A stretch of 64,000 nucleotides of DNA, taken from positions 34,028 to 98,027 of the forward strand of contig CAXHJY010001226.1 in assembly GCA_964016885.1 (NCBI GenBank), read 5' to 3'. The position numbers were made by a program, and so were the translations under genes. The first letter of the stretch is position 1. Each line of letters opens with the position of its first letter. Of the stretch, positions 52,997 to 64,000 are shown one piece after another. Under the pieces are notes generated by a model. That model did not search any database, was not told the origin of the DNA, and saw only the letters and a program-made list of their open reading frames with translations. Origin of the DNA: Eledone cirrhosa. Its lineage: Eukaryota.

Positions 52997-53689
52997 CAAA
53001 ATACAAACAAGAAAAATGATCGTTCCACAAACACTTTTGAAATAAAATTAGTTGTGTGGTTAACTCAGGAACATAAAAATAATTTCAAACATTTTTTTTT
53101 TTTTTAAATAAGATGAATTTGATTTCAAACACAGACCATAATTATAGAGAATTTGCAATCTTTTTAGGAAATATATTAAGCCAATTTCAAAATACATTCA
53201 ATGATTTGAATGATTTCTGAAATATGGAGTTTCACCTTTGGTGCAAAGAATCTGATAAATTGTTTAATTTAGATGTTGGTAATTTTGCAGATGCAGTTTA
53301 AATATTTACAAAGTGACAGATGTTTTACATTGCACCAAAATTCTGACAGGCATCCAACAGTTAAAGGAAGTTTATTATCAAATTTTGACAGATTTTTGGA
53401 AGTACATATTTGTGTGAAGCATCTTTTTCTCACATGGATCATATCAAGTGTAAATATAAAAAATATAATGAAGAACTACAATCACAATGACTGGTTATAT
53501 CAAAATTGCTGAACATTCTCGATGTAGTGACACCAGGAGAGCAATTCGAGGGGCTTGATTAAGCCTACCCCAGAATTTTTCTGGTACTTTATTTTATCAA
53601 CCCAGAAAGGATGAAACGCAAAGTTAACCTGAACGGGATTTGAACTCAGAATGTAAAGTGTCTTAAATACTACAAAGCTCTAATCATAA

Positions 53690-54130
53690 TCATCATAAAG
53701 TTCTTGCAATTGGTGTAGCCAGTTATTGGGATGCAGACATTTTTGCAGTAAGCAGTTGCCACTGGTCTATTCTCAGTGATGTGCAAAAAGGTCACAAGTC
53801 ATGACCTGACCCATCCTTGATGTTGTCAGACCAGGAATTTCTGTCTAACTCTTCTTCCCCTTCCCTCAACTGTGCTTTGATGAATGATTTTTGACAGGGA
53901 GTTGGTATGGGACACCAGATATACCAGGTAAGCTATCTTTTTACTATCACAAGGAGTGGTACTGTCTGCTAATATAGTAGTTTCTTGGTGCCCAACAAAG
54001 TTGTTTGTCTGTTTTGTGCTCTGTGTACAGGATGCATAGCAACCTTCTGACGCACTTGTGTTCAAATGCCTGAGATTCTGTTCCATGTTGGCTGTAAAAG
54101 TCCAGCTCTCACACACATACAGAAAGATCG
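53690..54130 (-). mobile_element. Old RTE-like LINE 3' fragment
   Basis: LYVCESWT..., SLSKIIHQSTVEGRGRR motifs. Confidence 0.6.
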
Positions 54131-55176
54131 AAAATACATAAACATTTTCCCTATATTCCTTCAGTCATTAATTTGAAAATACACTGTGTACTTCATACAC
54201 ACACACTCACAAATATATATACAAATAAAAAGCACCCAGTTCACATTATAAAGCAGTTGTTTTTGGTGCCATGATAAAAAGCACCAGTCTACACTGTGGT
54301 TGGTGCTAGGAAGGGTATCCAGTCATAGAAACCAAACCAGAAAAAGTTCTGTATAAGCAAGACATGGTCACCTGATATGACTTGTCTCTCAATGGGACAA
54401 CCTGTCTAACCTATGTTAGAGTGGAAAATGGATGTTAAATGGTGATGATTATACATAGTTATTTTACTTTCTTACATGTTTCAGTCACTAGAGTGTGACC
54501 ATAGTGAGGCATAATCCTTAAAGGTTAATCAAATCAACACCAGTACTTTTTTTTTTATTGATCTCTATTTGTCAAACCACTAATGTGTAGGACATAAACA
54601 AACATACAAATTTAGATAAGAAATTACTCCCAAGTTTCAAAAAGTTGGGTATGCCTACTCTACATAGTCACTCAACTTGATAGAGATAGCAGCCATATCT
54701 CCTTTAAATTACAATTTACTGACTTGAAAATGGAAATATGCATTCGACAATGAGCATTACATATCTCAAGCTACAAAAAGACAGGATATTCATGGCTGGA
54801 ACATCTTTGATCCTAGGTCTAACCAGAGGCTAAACAACAACAACAACAACACAGTACTACAACCAACTCCAACACACCATTGCCAATAATGACAACTGCC
54901 AACAGCAATGTTAATAAAACCACTCTCAGGTCAGTATCCTGATATAACAAACAGATCAACAGAAACAAAACAACATCAGTTTACATACAAAAGATGGATT
55001 GTAAGCAATATAAGTTGTTCGAGATATATGGGGATAGCTAGATAAAGCAATGGAGAGAGAGAGGGAGAGAGGGGGGGAGAAAAGTGCAGTAAACAATCCT
55101 GGTAGTTGGCTGTTTCTTATACAACTTAGATTGTCAGCAACAGATAAGTTGGATCACAGCCATGTTCTCTCTCACA

Positions 55177-55222
<46 letters not shown>

Positions 55223-56904
55223 TATATAATCTTGTTGCTAAGACAACATTCTTCATGAGGAAAAGAAGAATGTGGAAGAAACACTTTCTAATGTACAGTG
55301 TTGGGGTGTATTTAGTGCAAGGAGGAAATTAAGGACTGAATATTGTTGCTAGGAGGCGGAAGAAGTATCTTTCTGTATCCAAAAAGATGTTGCCATTTCC
55401 ACTGTGGCCTAAATGAGGGGGGTTTGTGGTTGGTTTTTGTTCAGCATGAACATGCAATGAAGAGTCTAGAAAGTTAGATGAGACAACAGTCATTTATAAG
55501 ACACAACAATGGAGTTCATATTGTATATGACTTGGTGATGGAATAATACAGTAGATAGAGCCATAAAAAAAACAGACCCAGAAAGACTGGGGGGAAAAAA
55601 AAAAGGAGACAACAAAAAAACAATATCAAGTGGCTATAAGAAGAGCTAGACATTAAGTTTACATGCTTCAGAGAGAAACTGAAAACAAGGTTTGTCAATG
55701 TTCTGCAGCAATAGGATCAGACCTGTAAAGTGTTCCTGACTACAAAACAGTGTGTAAGGTTGAATCAAGACATTGTTGCTCGAAAGTATGCTTGGAATGA
55801 CACTGGTGCACTTAGCCTCACCAACACACTGAAGAAAGAGACTTGGAAATGTTGCTATGAGGTTACCATTAAATCTATGATTTGCTGCTTTCCAGAAAGA
55901 TTTTGAAATTGCCACAACAAGCATTATCAAAGATAATGAGAAGATATGACATACCACTAAAATCTCAAACGTACGTCCAATCATGGTCAATGAAACTCTC
56001 AGTGAACATTGGGTCAAATATGATGTTATTTGAGGGGGGGGGGGGGGGGGGCATACTATCTCCAACTTTCTGTGTTAGTAATCGATTATGTACTGGAAAA
56101 TGTTTTGTAGAGAAAGGTTTGTCAAATATGATGGATGGATAATACAATACTAACCTTATTAACTTATGTTGTCAACCTAGTGCTGATTACAGGAGCAACA
56201 GAAGAAAGGCAACTAATATTAGACAGTTTAACAAGAGAAGGAAGTAACTTACTGTATATACTCAAATATAAGCCACCCTACCCCCACTTTATGTCCGAGA
56301 AATCCAAACCCCATTTATAAACCAAAGCAGCTAATCAACTCATTGTTTAGATGGTGTATATAAGCTGACCCCCCCCCCCCCCCCCCCCACCCCATTTTAC
56401 TATCAATTTTTTTATTTCATTCCTTGGCTTATATTTGTGTATATATGGAATAATCTACTTATGAACTAATTTAGCAAATCCATCTAATTGCAATATCAAA
56501 ACCCTTTTTAACATCCATTTTCTATTCTAGTATGGGTTAGACATGTCTTCTCCAGCACAGCTCCCTCCTCTTGTCTTTGTCCTTTATTATCTATGTGAAG
56601 TTCAACATTTGCTTATCTTCCTTAGCCTAACTCTACCACATGTTGCTTTTACTTGGAACCCCTGGCATTTCATCTATACACATTACATGTCTGTACCAGT
56701 ACAATCCTCCTCTTATACCTATTATTGGAGAAATAATAAAGACCACTGACCACTAAAAGTACTTGGGGAATATGGCTTCCTTAGTTTGGAGCTTGAGGAA
56801 AGAATTTTAAAAAAGAGAACAAGCAATTAGCATGTTAAAACTCCAACTATTGATACACACCAAGGCAAAAATTTATATATCCTTCATAAAATCAATATAT
56901 ATGA

Positions 56905-57166
56905 ACATCAATTTCAGCACACTACACTACATCTAACACTAAATTTAAGCCCAATAGGCTACATCTAACATTAAATTTCAGCACACTACACTTCATATGG
57001 CATTAAATTTCAATAGTACATTGCATCTGGCGTTAAATTTCAGTACAGTACACTACATCTGGCATAACTTTCAGTACAGTACACTACATCTGGCATAAAT
57101 TTCAGTACAGTACACTACATCTGGCACTAAATTTCAACACAGTACATGACATCTGGCACTAAATTT
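56905..57166. repeat. ~30-bp minisatellite, about 8 copies
   Basis: Unit resembling catctggcataaatttcagtacagtacacta. Confidence 0.85.
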
Positions 57167-57655
57167 GTAGCTTTTGAAGACAAAGTTTTATATGGAATAT
57201 TAGTAACCAGTTAGCAAAATCATAGAGATAAAATATGACAGATTCACACCTGAGAACTAACTTAAGCTGAGAACTTCCATATTGCAGCCAAATATTGAAA
57301 TTCTTTCCCATAAGAAGCAATTACAAAAAAGCCATTGATTACTATTACTACAACTGCTACTACTACTACTACTACTACTTTAATTAAAAAGAGATTATCA
57401 TGGTAATTAAATCTAGATATTAATAGACAACTATCTTCATTCAACTCCTGAACAGTAGCTGCTGCTGTTATTGCCAACTCAAACATTTCCCTTTGTATAT
57501 TACAGTAGAATTATTGTTAAAAACACTCTCTGCTGTTGTAGTGGTTGTAAGTTTTATTCAATTGTTATACTCTAGTTTTAAACATTAATTACATCTAATA
57601 CCTGGAGTGAACTTGCATTTTTACATGTTTTCTTTTATTTTACTGGTTTCAATCA

Positions 57656-59623
57656 TTAGACTGCAACAATACTAATACTACAGCTATCGACTTTCATGCG
57701 CATCACGTGTCCATACCAACGCAGCCTTCTCTCGAGTAAACAACATCTGATCCCTCTTATCTCTAATTTTTTCCTTAGTTCGTTTATGCTTTGCCGTTCA
57801 CGTATATTACTGTTACACATCCAGCGGAGCATGCAAGCTTCGTTCCTCTCTAGTCTGCGTATATCCTCTGCACACAATGCCCAGGTCTCACTGCCATGCA
57901 ACATTGCTGTTCGTATGCAGGCATCATACAACCTGCCTTTCATTTTTAGGGAGAACCCTTTAGCAGCTAATAGTGGTATAAGCTCTCTGAACTTTTTCCA
58001 ACCAGTTCTGACTCTAGCTACTGTACTTTCAGAGCACCCTCCCCCACTGCTGATTTTGTCGCTCAGGTAACGGAAGCTGTCCACTATTTCTATAGTACCC
58101 TCTGCGCAATTGAAAGAGCTAGTATTTTGTGGGCACTTGCTGCTACTTATTGCACCAGAGCACCGGCCACATGTAAAATCTATGTTCTTAGTTAGCTTAC
58201 CTGTGATCCCACTACATCTTTTATGCACCCATACTTTGCATTTAGGACATAAAATGGAGTTTCTACCTACGCCTTTCCTACACACCGAGCACGACCATTT
58301 CCCAGAAGGGACCGCCGCCTTGTTTTCTTTCCTACAAACTAGAACTTTGGTCTTAGCCAGGTTAATTTTAAGTCCTTTTGACTCTAGGCCGTGCTTCCAT
58401 GTTTGGAATTTCTTCTCTAGCTCGGCCATTGATTCCGCTATGAGTGTCAGGTCGTCTGCGTATAGGAGTTCCCATGGGCAGCCTGTCTTGAACTCCTCTG
58501 TTATAGCCTGAAGGGCAATAATAAATAGTAGGGGGCTGAGAACAGAGCCCTGATGGACGCCAACTTTTACGCTAAACTCTTCACTATATTCGTTGTTAAT
58601 TCTAACCTTGCTGACTGTTTCTTTATACATGGCTTGTATAGCCCTCACAAGCCATTCGTCAACGCCTAGTTTTCTAAGAGCCCACCAGATAATGGAGCGG
58701 GGGACTCTGTCGAAGGCTTTCTCCAGGTCGACAAAAGCTAAGTAGAGGGGTTTACCTTTAGCTAGGTACTTCTCCTGTAGTTGTCGTACTATGAAAAGAG
58801 CGTCTGTGGTGCTTTTGCCTGACACAAACCCGAACTCCATTTCATCTAGGTCAATTCTCTCTCTGATTAGTTGCGCTATTACTTTTTCCGTGACCTTCAT
58901 GACCTGGTCGATTAATTTAATGCCTCTATAGTTACTCCTATCTAGGGCGTCTCCTTTACCCTTATAACAGTTGATGATGATGCTGCTATGCCAGTCCTTC
59001 GGAACAACCCCATTCTGTACGACTTGGTTAACTATGCGGGTGACCATGGTGTGTCCCACCGTGCCAGATGCCTTCAGCATCTCAGCAACTATTTCCGAAG
59101 GCCCAGCCGCCTTACCCGTCTTCATATCCTTGATTGCCTTACTTATTATACTCCCCTCGACTAACACTGCTGGTCCCTCTATTGGGTCGATATGGGGGAG
59201 ACTGTCTTTCTCCCATTTATTCTCCTCATTTAGTAGCCTTTCATAGTGACACTTCCAAGCTACCTTCTTATCAGTGTCGGTGATGGCAAGTATGCCATCA
59301 TCGTTAAGTACACACTTCTCCCCGACAATATCACGGTTTTCCTTGACGCATTGCCTAGCAATCCTGAACACCTCACGTTTTTGGTCATCGCGTTGTAGAA
59401 CATGCTTGAACTTTCTTTCCTCAGCTTCCCTTCTTGCTAAGTACACTTCTCTCCTAGCTTCCCTCCTGGCCACTTGATAGTCTACTCTACTTCCCCCATC
59501 CCGCCATACTTTCCAAGCCTGCTTTTTGGCCTTAATTGACCCCTCCACCCTACTGTTCCACCACCATGTTACTCTCCTCCTGCCTACCGGCCTGCTCCAG
59601 CCACAGACTTCGTCTGTCGCCAA
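57656..59623 (-). CDS. RTE reverse transcriptase + PHD-like finger (uninterrupted 655-aa partial ORF)
   Basis: YADD intact; last few codons derive from flank. Confidence 0.85.
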   Translation of the reverse strand: MATDEVCGWSRPVGRRRVTWWWNSRVEGSIKAKKQAWKVWRDGGSRVDYQVARREARREVYLARREAEERKFKHVLQRDDQKREVFRIARQCVKENRDIVGEKCVLNDDGILAITDTDKKVAWKCHYERLLNEENKWEKDSLPHIDPIEGPAVLVEGSIISKAIKDMKTGKAAGPSEIVAEMLKASGTVGHTMVTRIVNQVVQNGVVPKDWHSSIIINCYKGKGDALDRSNYRGIKLIDQVMKVTEKVIAQLIRERIDLDEMEFGFVSGKSTTDALFIVRQLQEKYLAKGKPLYLAFVDLEKAFDRVPRSIIWWALRKLGVDEWLVRAIQAMYKETVSKVRINNEYSEEFSVKVGVHQGSVLSPLLFIIALQAITEEFKTGCPWELLYADDLTLIAESMAELEKKFQTWKHGLESKGLKINLAKTKVLVCRKENKAAVPSGKWSCSVCRKGVGRNSILCPKCKVWVHKRCSGITGKLTKNIDFTCGRCSGAISSSKCPQNTSSFNCAEGTIEIVDSFRYLSDKISSGGGCSESTVARVRTGWKKFRELIPLLAAKGFSLKMKGRLYDACIRTAMLHGSETWALCAEDIRRLERNEACMLRWMCNSNIRERQSINELRKKLEIRGIRCCLLERRLRWYGHVMRMKVDSCSISIVAV

Positions 59624-59698
59624 CAGCAGGTTTGCTTTCAGAAATTCCCACTGTCCCTCTATATTGTCCGATTCTAGATGCTCTTCCTTACTGTCAAT
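57679..59698 (-). mobile_element. RTE LINE, subfamily A, truncated at both ends
   Basis: Near-identical to 5522-7495 in reverse; lacks 3' UTR and tail. Confidence 0.93.
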
Positions 59699-62217
59699 AG
59701 AATGTTATTTTTAATCAAAAAGATTTTTAAAATGGCAGGGGGGGGGGTGTAATAATTTAAAATGAGTTATAATGAAAATTAAATCTTTTACAAAATGTTA
59801 AATTATTTTTTCTAATTAAAAATTAAATATTCTGCAATGAAAATATTTCCACGAAAGGCAAATTCATAAAGTTTTTTAAAATTTATATTACTGTAAATAT
59901 AAATAGAACTTGAACATTTTTTCCTAAATATTGATGTAAAAATACTAGCATATACTAGACCTACAAAAGTGCAATTCAAAATATAAGGTACACTGTAAAT
60001 ACTGTATGTAAAATGGATATCTACTGGTGAAACTTATACAGGGTAAATACAGTACATTTAAACTTATACATGAGTGAGTATATAAAGTATATTTAAAATT
60101 TCCTACTGCACACTGTAAAGTGGTTAGCATTAGGAGGGGCATCCAGCTGTAGAACTTGAGCCAAAAATGGAATATATGAACTAGACATGGTCACCTGACC
60201 AGTTTAACCTCAGAATGTGACAATCATTAACCTAGACACGCATAGAAAATAGATGTCAAACAATGATAATGATGATTATAATGAAAATTTGTATTGTCTA
60301 AAAAGGCGAAATTAAAAATTTGAATTAAACATTGAAAAAAGTATAATAAAAGTTTTTTGTTTTTTTTTTGCAGAAAGGAAAATAAATAAGTATCTATGAG
60401 TATCAATATATACATAGTTAAGAGTGTTTCTATCTGTTTATCCTCATCAACATCATATAACCATTTCCCTTGCTAGAATGGGTTGGGTGGGTTGTCACAA
60501 TCCGATACTAAACTTTACAGAGAGTACTGGGTACATTATATTGTGGCACCAACACTACCACCTTATAGAGTGTACTTGTTGCATTTTATTGTAGCACCAG
60601 CAACAGAGAGGTTGTCTTATACTCTGAAGAGTCCACTTTAACCTCCATTTGATCACCAACCCCTTTACAGTGTGTACTGGGTGCATTTTATCATGGCACT
60701 AACACTAGAAAGGTTGTCAAGTCCCTTGACAGAACAAAAGAGTCCTCTCTACTCTTTTACAGGAATTAACAGAGTAAAATTGTCATAAAGTAAATTAAAA
60801 TTAAATGGGTGTATTTAAGAATATTATAGAGAAAAACAACGCATTATATATTATATCCACTATGGCATTAATGTCAAACCTCCATATTTGACAGCATACA
60901 AACACATATTTCAACATAAACTAAATGTTATATGAAAACACCCCCTTTTTTTTTAATGTTCTCTGCCTGAAATTGAGTGGGGTTTTATATGTCTATGGAT
61001 CTCATATGCCAATACATATGGCAATTTCAAATTATAGAGAGAGAGGGGGGGGGGCAAAGAGAGACAGACAGAGAGAGATTTACATTTTGTTAGAGATTTC
61101 TATGAATAATAATATTTTATAAAATCACTGACGTTTAATTAAAATGTGGCCTTATCAAATGGCAGTGAATGTTAATATAAAAAGGTTGGCTCGCATCTAC
61201 ACTAGATAAACAAGACAAAGAGAGACAGCATCTAAACAACTGCTCAACCTGCCATTAACTCACATCCTACCATCTTTAAAAATGGAAGGACACATTGGAT
61301 CATGTGGTCCTGGATACAATGCACCATCATTGTTTTTATGTTGACTTTTTCCATTCTGCTATAGTTTTGATGGTACTTTTTGACATATTTTTCATATGGA
61401 CACTCTTCCTGACACTATCCCTTTTAGTTGCTTCTTACAGAAAACAGGGATATGGTGTACCTATTCTAAACTGAATTTAAAATAAGAGAGAGAAGGTTAC
61501 AGCTGGAACATATTTGATCAGGCTGATCAAATTTAATATATTTAATTCTGTGTTGGTAGAAGTGGTAGAAAAATGCTTGACTATAATGCCTGAGTTTCAA
61601 TTCTCTAAATTTTAGGATAGATTAAATGTCACCCATGATCTTGCTTTTCTAAAGAGCAACAGGTATATTCATCTCATCATCTTCACCCCTGATAAGTCCA
61701 TTATTGGACATAGGCCTTCCCCAAGCTGTGCCATCTTTGCCATCCTGAGCCATTCATGACCAAACTGTTTCAATTTTCTTGAAGTCGGGTTTGAAGACTG
61801 CATCTTGATCAGATACATTCCATTTTGGCAGCCCATTACAGCTGGGTGCCATTCCTAATGCAAATAAAGTGTACTGGGAGTAGTTTATTGTGACATCAGC
61901 ATTAGAGGATAGCTGGGTGCCATTCCTAATGCCAATAAGTGTACTGGGAGCATTTTGTGTGATTGTAGAATTAAATTCAAATTCTATCATCTAGGTGCTA
62001 CAGCTTGTAGAGATATTTGTGTACTGACCCAAACAATGGTAGTATATTATTTGTACAATTGGAATGTGTAGCCCAGTTCATTAAGGGTTCATTTTGTCTT
62101 TACTATCAGGCAACAAATATTCTCATCTCATGTTTGTCTGTGTGTGTGAACATATGTGCACATGCAAGTGTAAGAATGTGTGTGTGGTGCAAGTTCATAC
62201 AAGGCATTATCAAGATG

Positions 62218-62403
62218 GGCGTTGGATTGGCAGTATCGGTAGAGGGTCGGACGCTATGCTTTGCAACACAGAGTTACGCCCCTTTATGATCTGAGTTCAA
62301 ATCCCACCAAGGTTAACTTTGCCTTTCATCCTTATGGGGTCGATAAAATAAAGTACCAGTAATGCACTGGGTAATTGCTGGCCTTGTGCCAAAAGTAGAA
62401 ACA
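62218..62403 (+). mobile_element. Full-length SINE with 12-bp TSD
   Basis: attatcaagatg at 62206-62217 and 62404-62415. Confidence 0.9.
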
Positions 62404-62458
62404 ATTATCAAGATGAGATGAAACAGATACAGGAATTTTAAGAATATGGAAAACTTAC

Positions 62459-62623
62459 AGAAGGATTACTGGATGGTAAATCTGTATCTAAACAAGGACA
62501 TACTACAGAGCAACCATCCAACGGAAGAGAACTGACCCCTATCCTTTTCTTCCATTTCCGATGATAAATAAGGTGATCCTCTGTCAACTGGAACCTCCGT
62601 GCTTTCCATTTACCATTAATTCC
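62459..62623 (-). CDS. Coding exon: N-terminal half of PH domain, pleckstrin-like
   Basis: ttttattttcag|GINGKWKARRFQLTEDHLIYHRKWKKRIGVSSLPLDGCSVVCPCLDTDLPSSNPS|gtaagt; 165 nt, phase 0-0. Confidence 0.88.
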
Positions 62624-62703
62624 CTGAAAATAAAATGTAAAAAATATAAATGATGTTAAGAAGTATAAGTCATAAGAAGAGGACACTAAATTGTAGTTAT
62701 GCC

Positions 62704-62706
<3 letters not shown>

Positions 62707-62772
<66 letters not shown>
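62707..62772. repeat. (CA)n microsatellite
   Basis: Visible array. Confidence 0.97.
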
Positions 62773-62775
<3 letters not shown>

Positions 62776-62829
62776 TAATAATAATAATAAAAAAAACAAT
62801 CAGTTATGTCTTCATTACATCTATTGAGT

Positions 62830-62914
62830 AGTGACGCGCATTTCGCAATTGATCAGCTCATGGTTCAATCTGTATCAATCTGGCCTAACTCAGGAATCAA
62901 AAGCTCGTCGGACT
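62830..62914 (-). ncRNA. Hammerhead-like motif with CCGACGA core
   Basis: Minus: AGT-CCGACGA-gc...gc-GAA-ATGCGCGT-C-ACT. Confidence 0.55.
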
Positions 62915-63799
62915 TCTCTTATGGTAATGACAGAATCTAAATAAATATGTAACAATGTCAGAATAAAATAAAAATTTGGTGTTAGGAATGGCATCCATGC
63001 CAAAATATGGTATGAACAAGCAAAATATTTTTCAATCTGTTGTCTTGGATTAGGAAAACCCATCCAACCCATGCCAACATGGATAATGAATGGGAAAAAT
63101 AATGGAAATAAATATGGAAAGCTCTAGAGGAAAGGGAAAAAACCAAAAAAGACAGGGCTAAAGATGGTGAGGAGGGTTACAAGCAATAGAGCTTGTCATG
63201 GGACCCCGTAAAACTAACCTCAGCTTAACAAGGAAAATGGCCTTAAAATCATCCTATTTTCTTGATGACAATGATGATTATGAGTGTGTATATGTGTGGA
63301 GGAGGTCGGGAACTCCTTTATTCTGCATTACCTCAATTCAGTTAGCTGGTTGAGAGGAATATATAGCAGAAATCTAGAAAATGTTACCAACAAAAGAATC
63401 TAGAAGGGGGGATCCTTAAACTTTTAGACCATTGGCTAGATATCTTACAAAAATAAATAGGTGAACAATATAAAGTAAATAAGACAATACAGACTAATTG
63501 TATATAAATCAGAAGTATTAGTTGTAACCTGGTTTTCTTTAGGATATACAGAAAACACACAAACAGTTTTTTTCCACACAAGTTGACAGAACATGCACTT
63601 AAAATTCCCCAGAGTTTTCAATCAAAAACTTGGTGACAACTCTATCTTTCACTGTATATTTCTCTCTCAAACAACAAAAAATCTGTCATTATAATGAAAG
63701 TCATTTTTTAGAGTGTGTTGCATTTTTCTATATGTTGAAGGATATATAGAAACACACACAAACAACCAACAAAATTATGTAATTACTGTATTATATATA

Positions 63800-64000
63800 T
63801 GTAGGCAACACGGTAAAAAAACCTCCCAGACCCACACTGTAAATGTGGTTGGTGTTAGGAAGGGCATCCAAACTGTAGAAAACCTGCCAGACAGTCCTAT
63901 GCGAGCAAGACAATCACTCTTGCCTCAAGTGGGGAAAACCCCCGTCCAAACCCATGCAAGCGTGGAAACACGGACGTTAAACGGTGATGATGATGATGAT
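63800..64000 (+). mobile_element. RTE subfamily A 3' UTR fragment with (GAT)n tail
   Basis: Matches 7867-8061. Confidence 0.9.

Larger units (their letters stand above)
51853..53510 (+). pseudogene. Fossil hAT (SPIN/GTF2IRD2-like) transposase, interrupted by MITEs and a SINE
   Basis: KELFGIILMKERT, TKDGAPAMI*, CIIHQQALC (51860-52110) and FGSTYLCEASFSHM (53395-53436). Confidence 0.72.

Noticed and set aside
57262-57486. 74-aa minus ORF as an extra exon
   Set aside because: Contains a (TAC)n repeat, lacks convincing splice sites, and the flanking PH exons already join in frame.

Overview
AT-rich, repeat-dense eukaryotic genomic DNA. The repeat complement (RTE LINEs with (GAT)n tails, tRNA-derived SINEs, long (TA)n/(CA)n tracts) suggests an invertebrate, probably an octopus or other coleoid cephalopod; this is inference. 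The window appears to be almost entirely intronic to a minus-strand pleckstrin-like gene. Three in-phase coding exons (62623-62459, 13146-13018, 11422-11367) rebuild most of a PH domain plus a linker across a ~49.3 kb intron. The introns hold two 5'-truncated Penelope-like GIY-YIG retroelements with inverted ends, one forming a ~2.26 kb near-perfect fold-back. They also hold five substantial RTE LINE copies with a PHD-type finger, a near full-length Tx1/L1 element in a (TATC)n site, an R4/Dong-like RLE element, a fossil hAT transposase, and many SINEs and MITEs. The most notable hidden signal is about a dozen type I hammerhead-ribozyme motifs from several distinct families. Most lie in inverted pairs next to (TA)n tracts, and the clearer solo copies lie on the host-gene sense strand. 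All coordinates and alignments were read by eye, and no folding or database searches were run.
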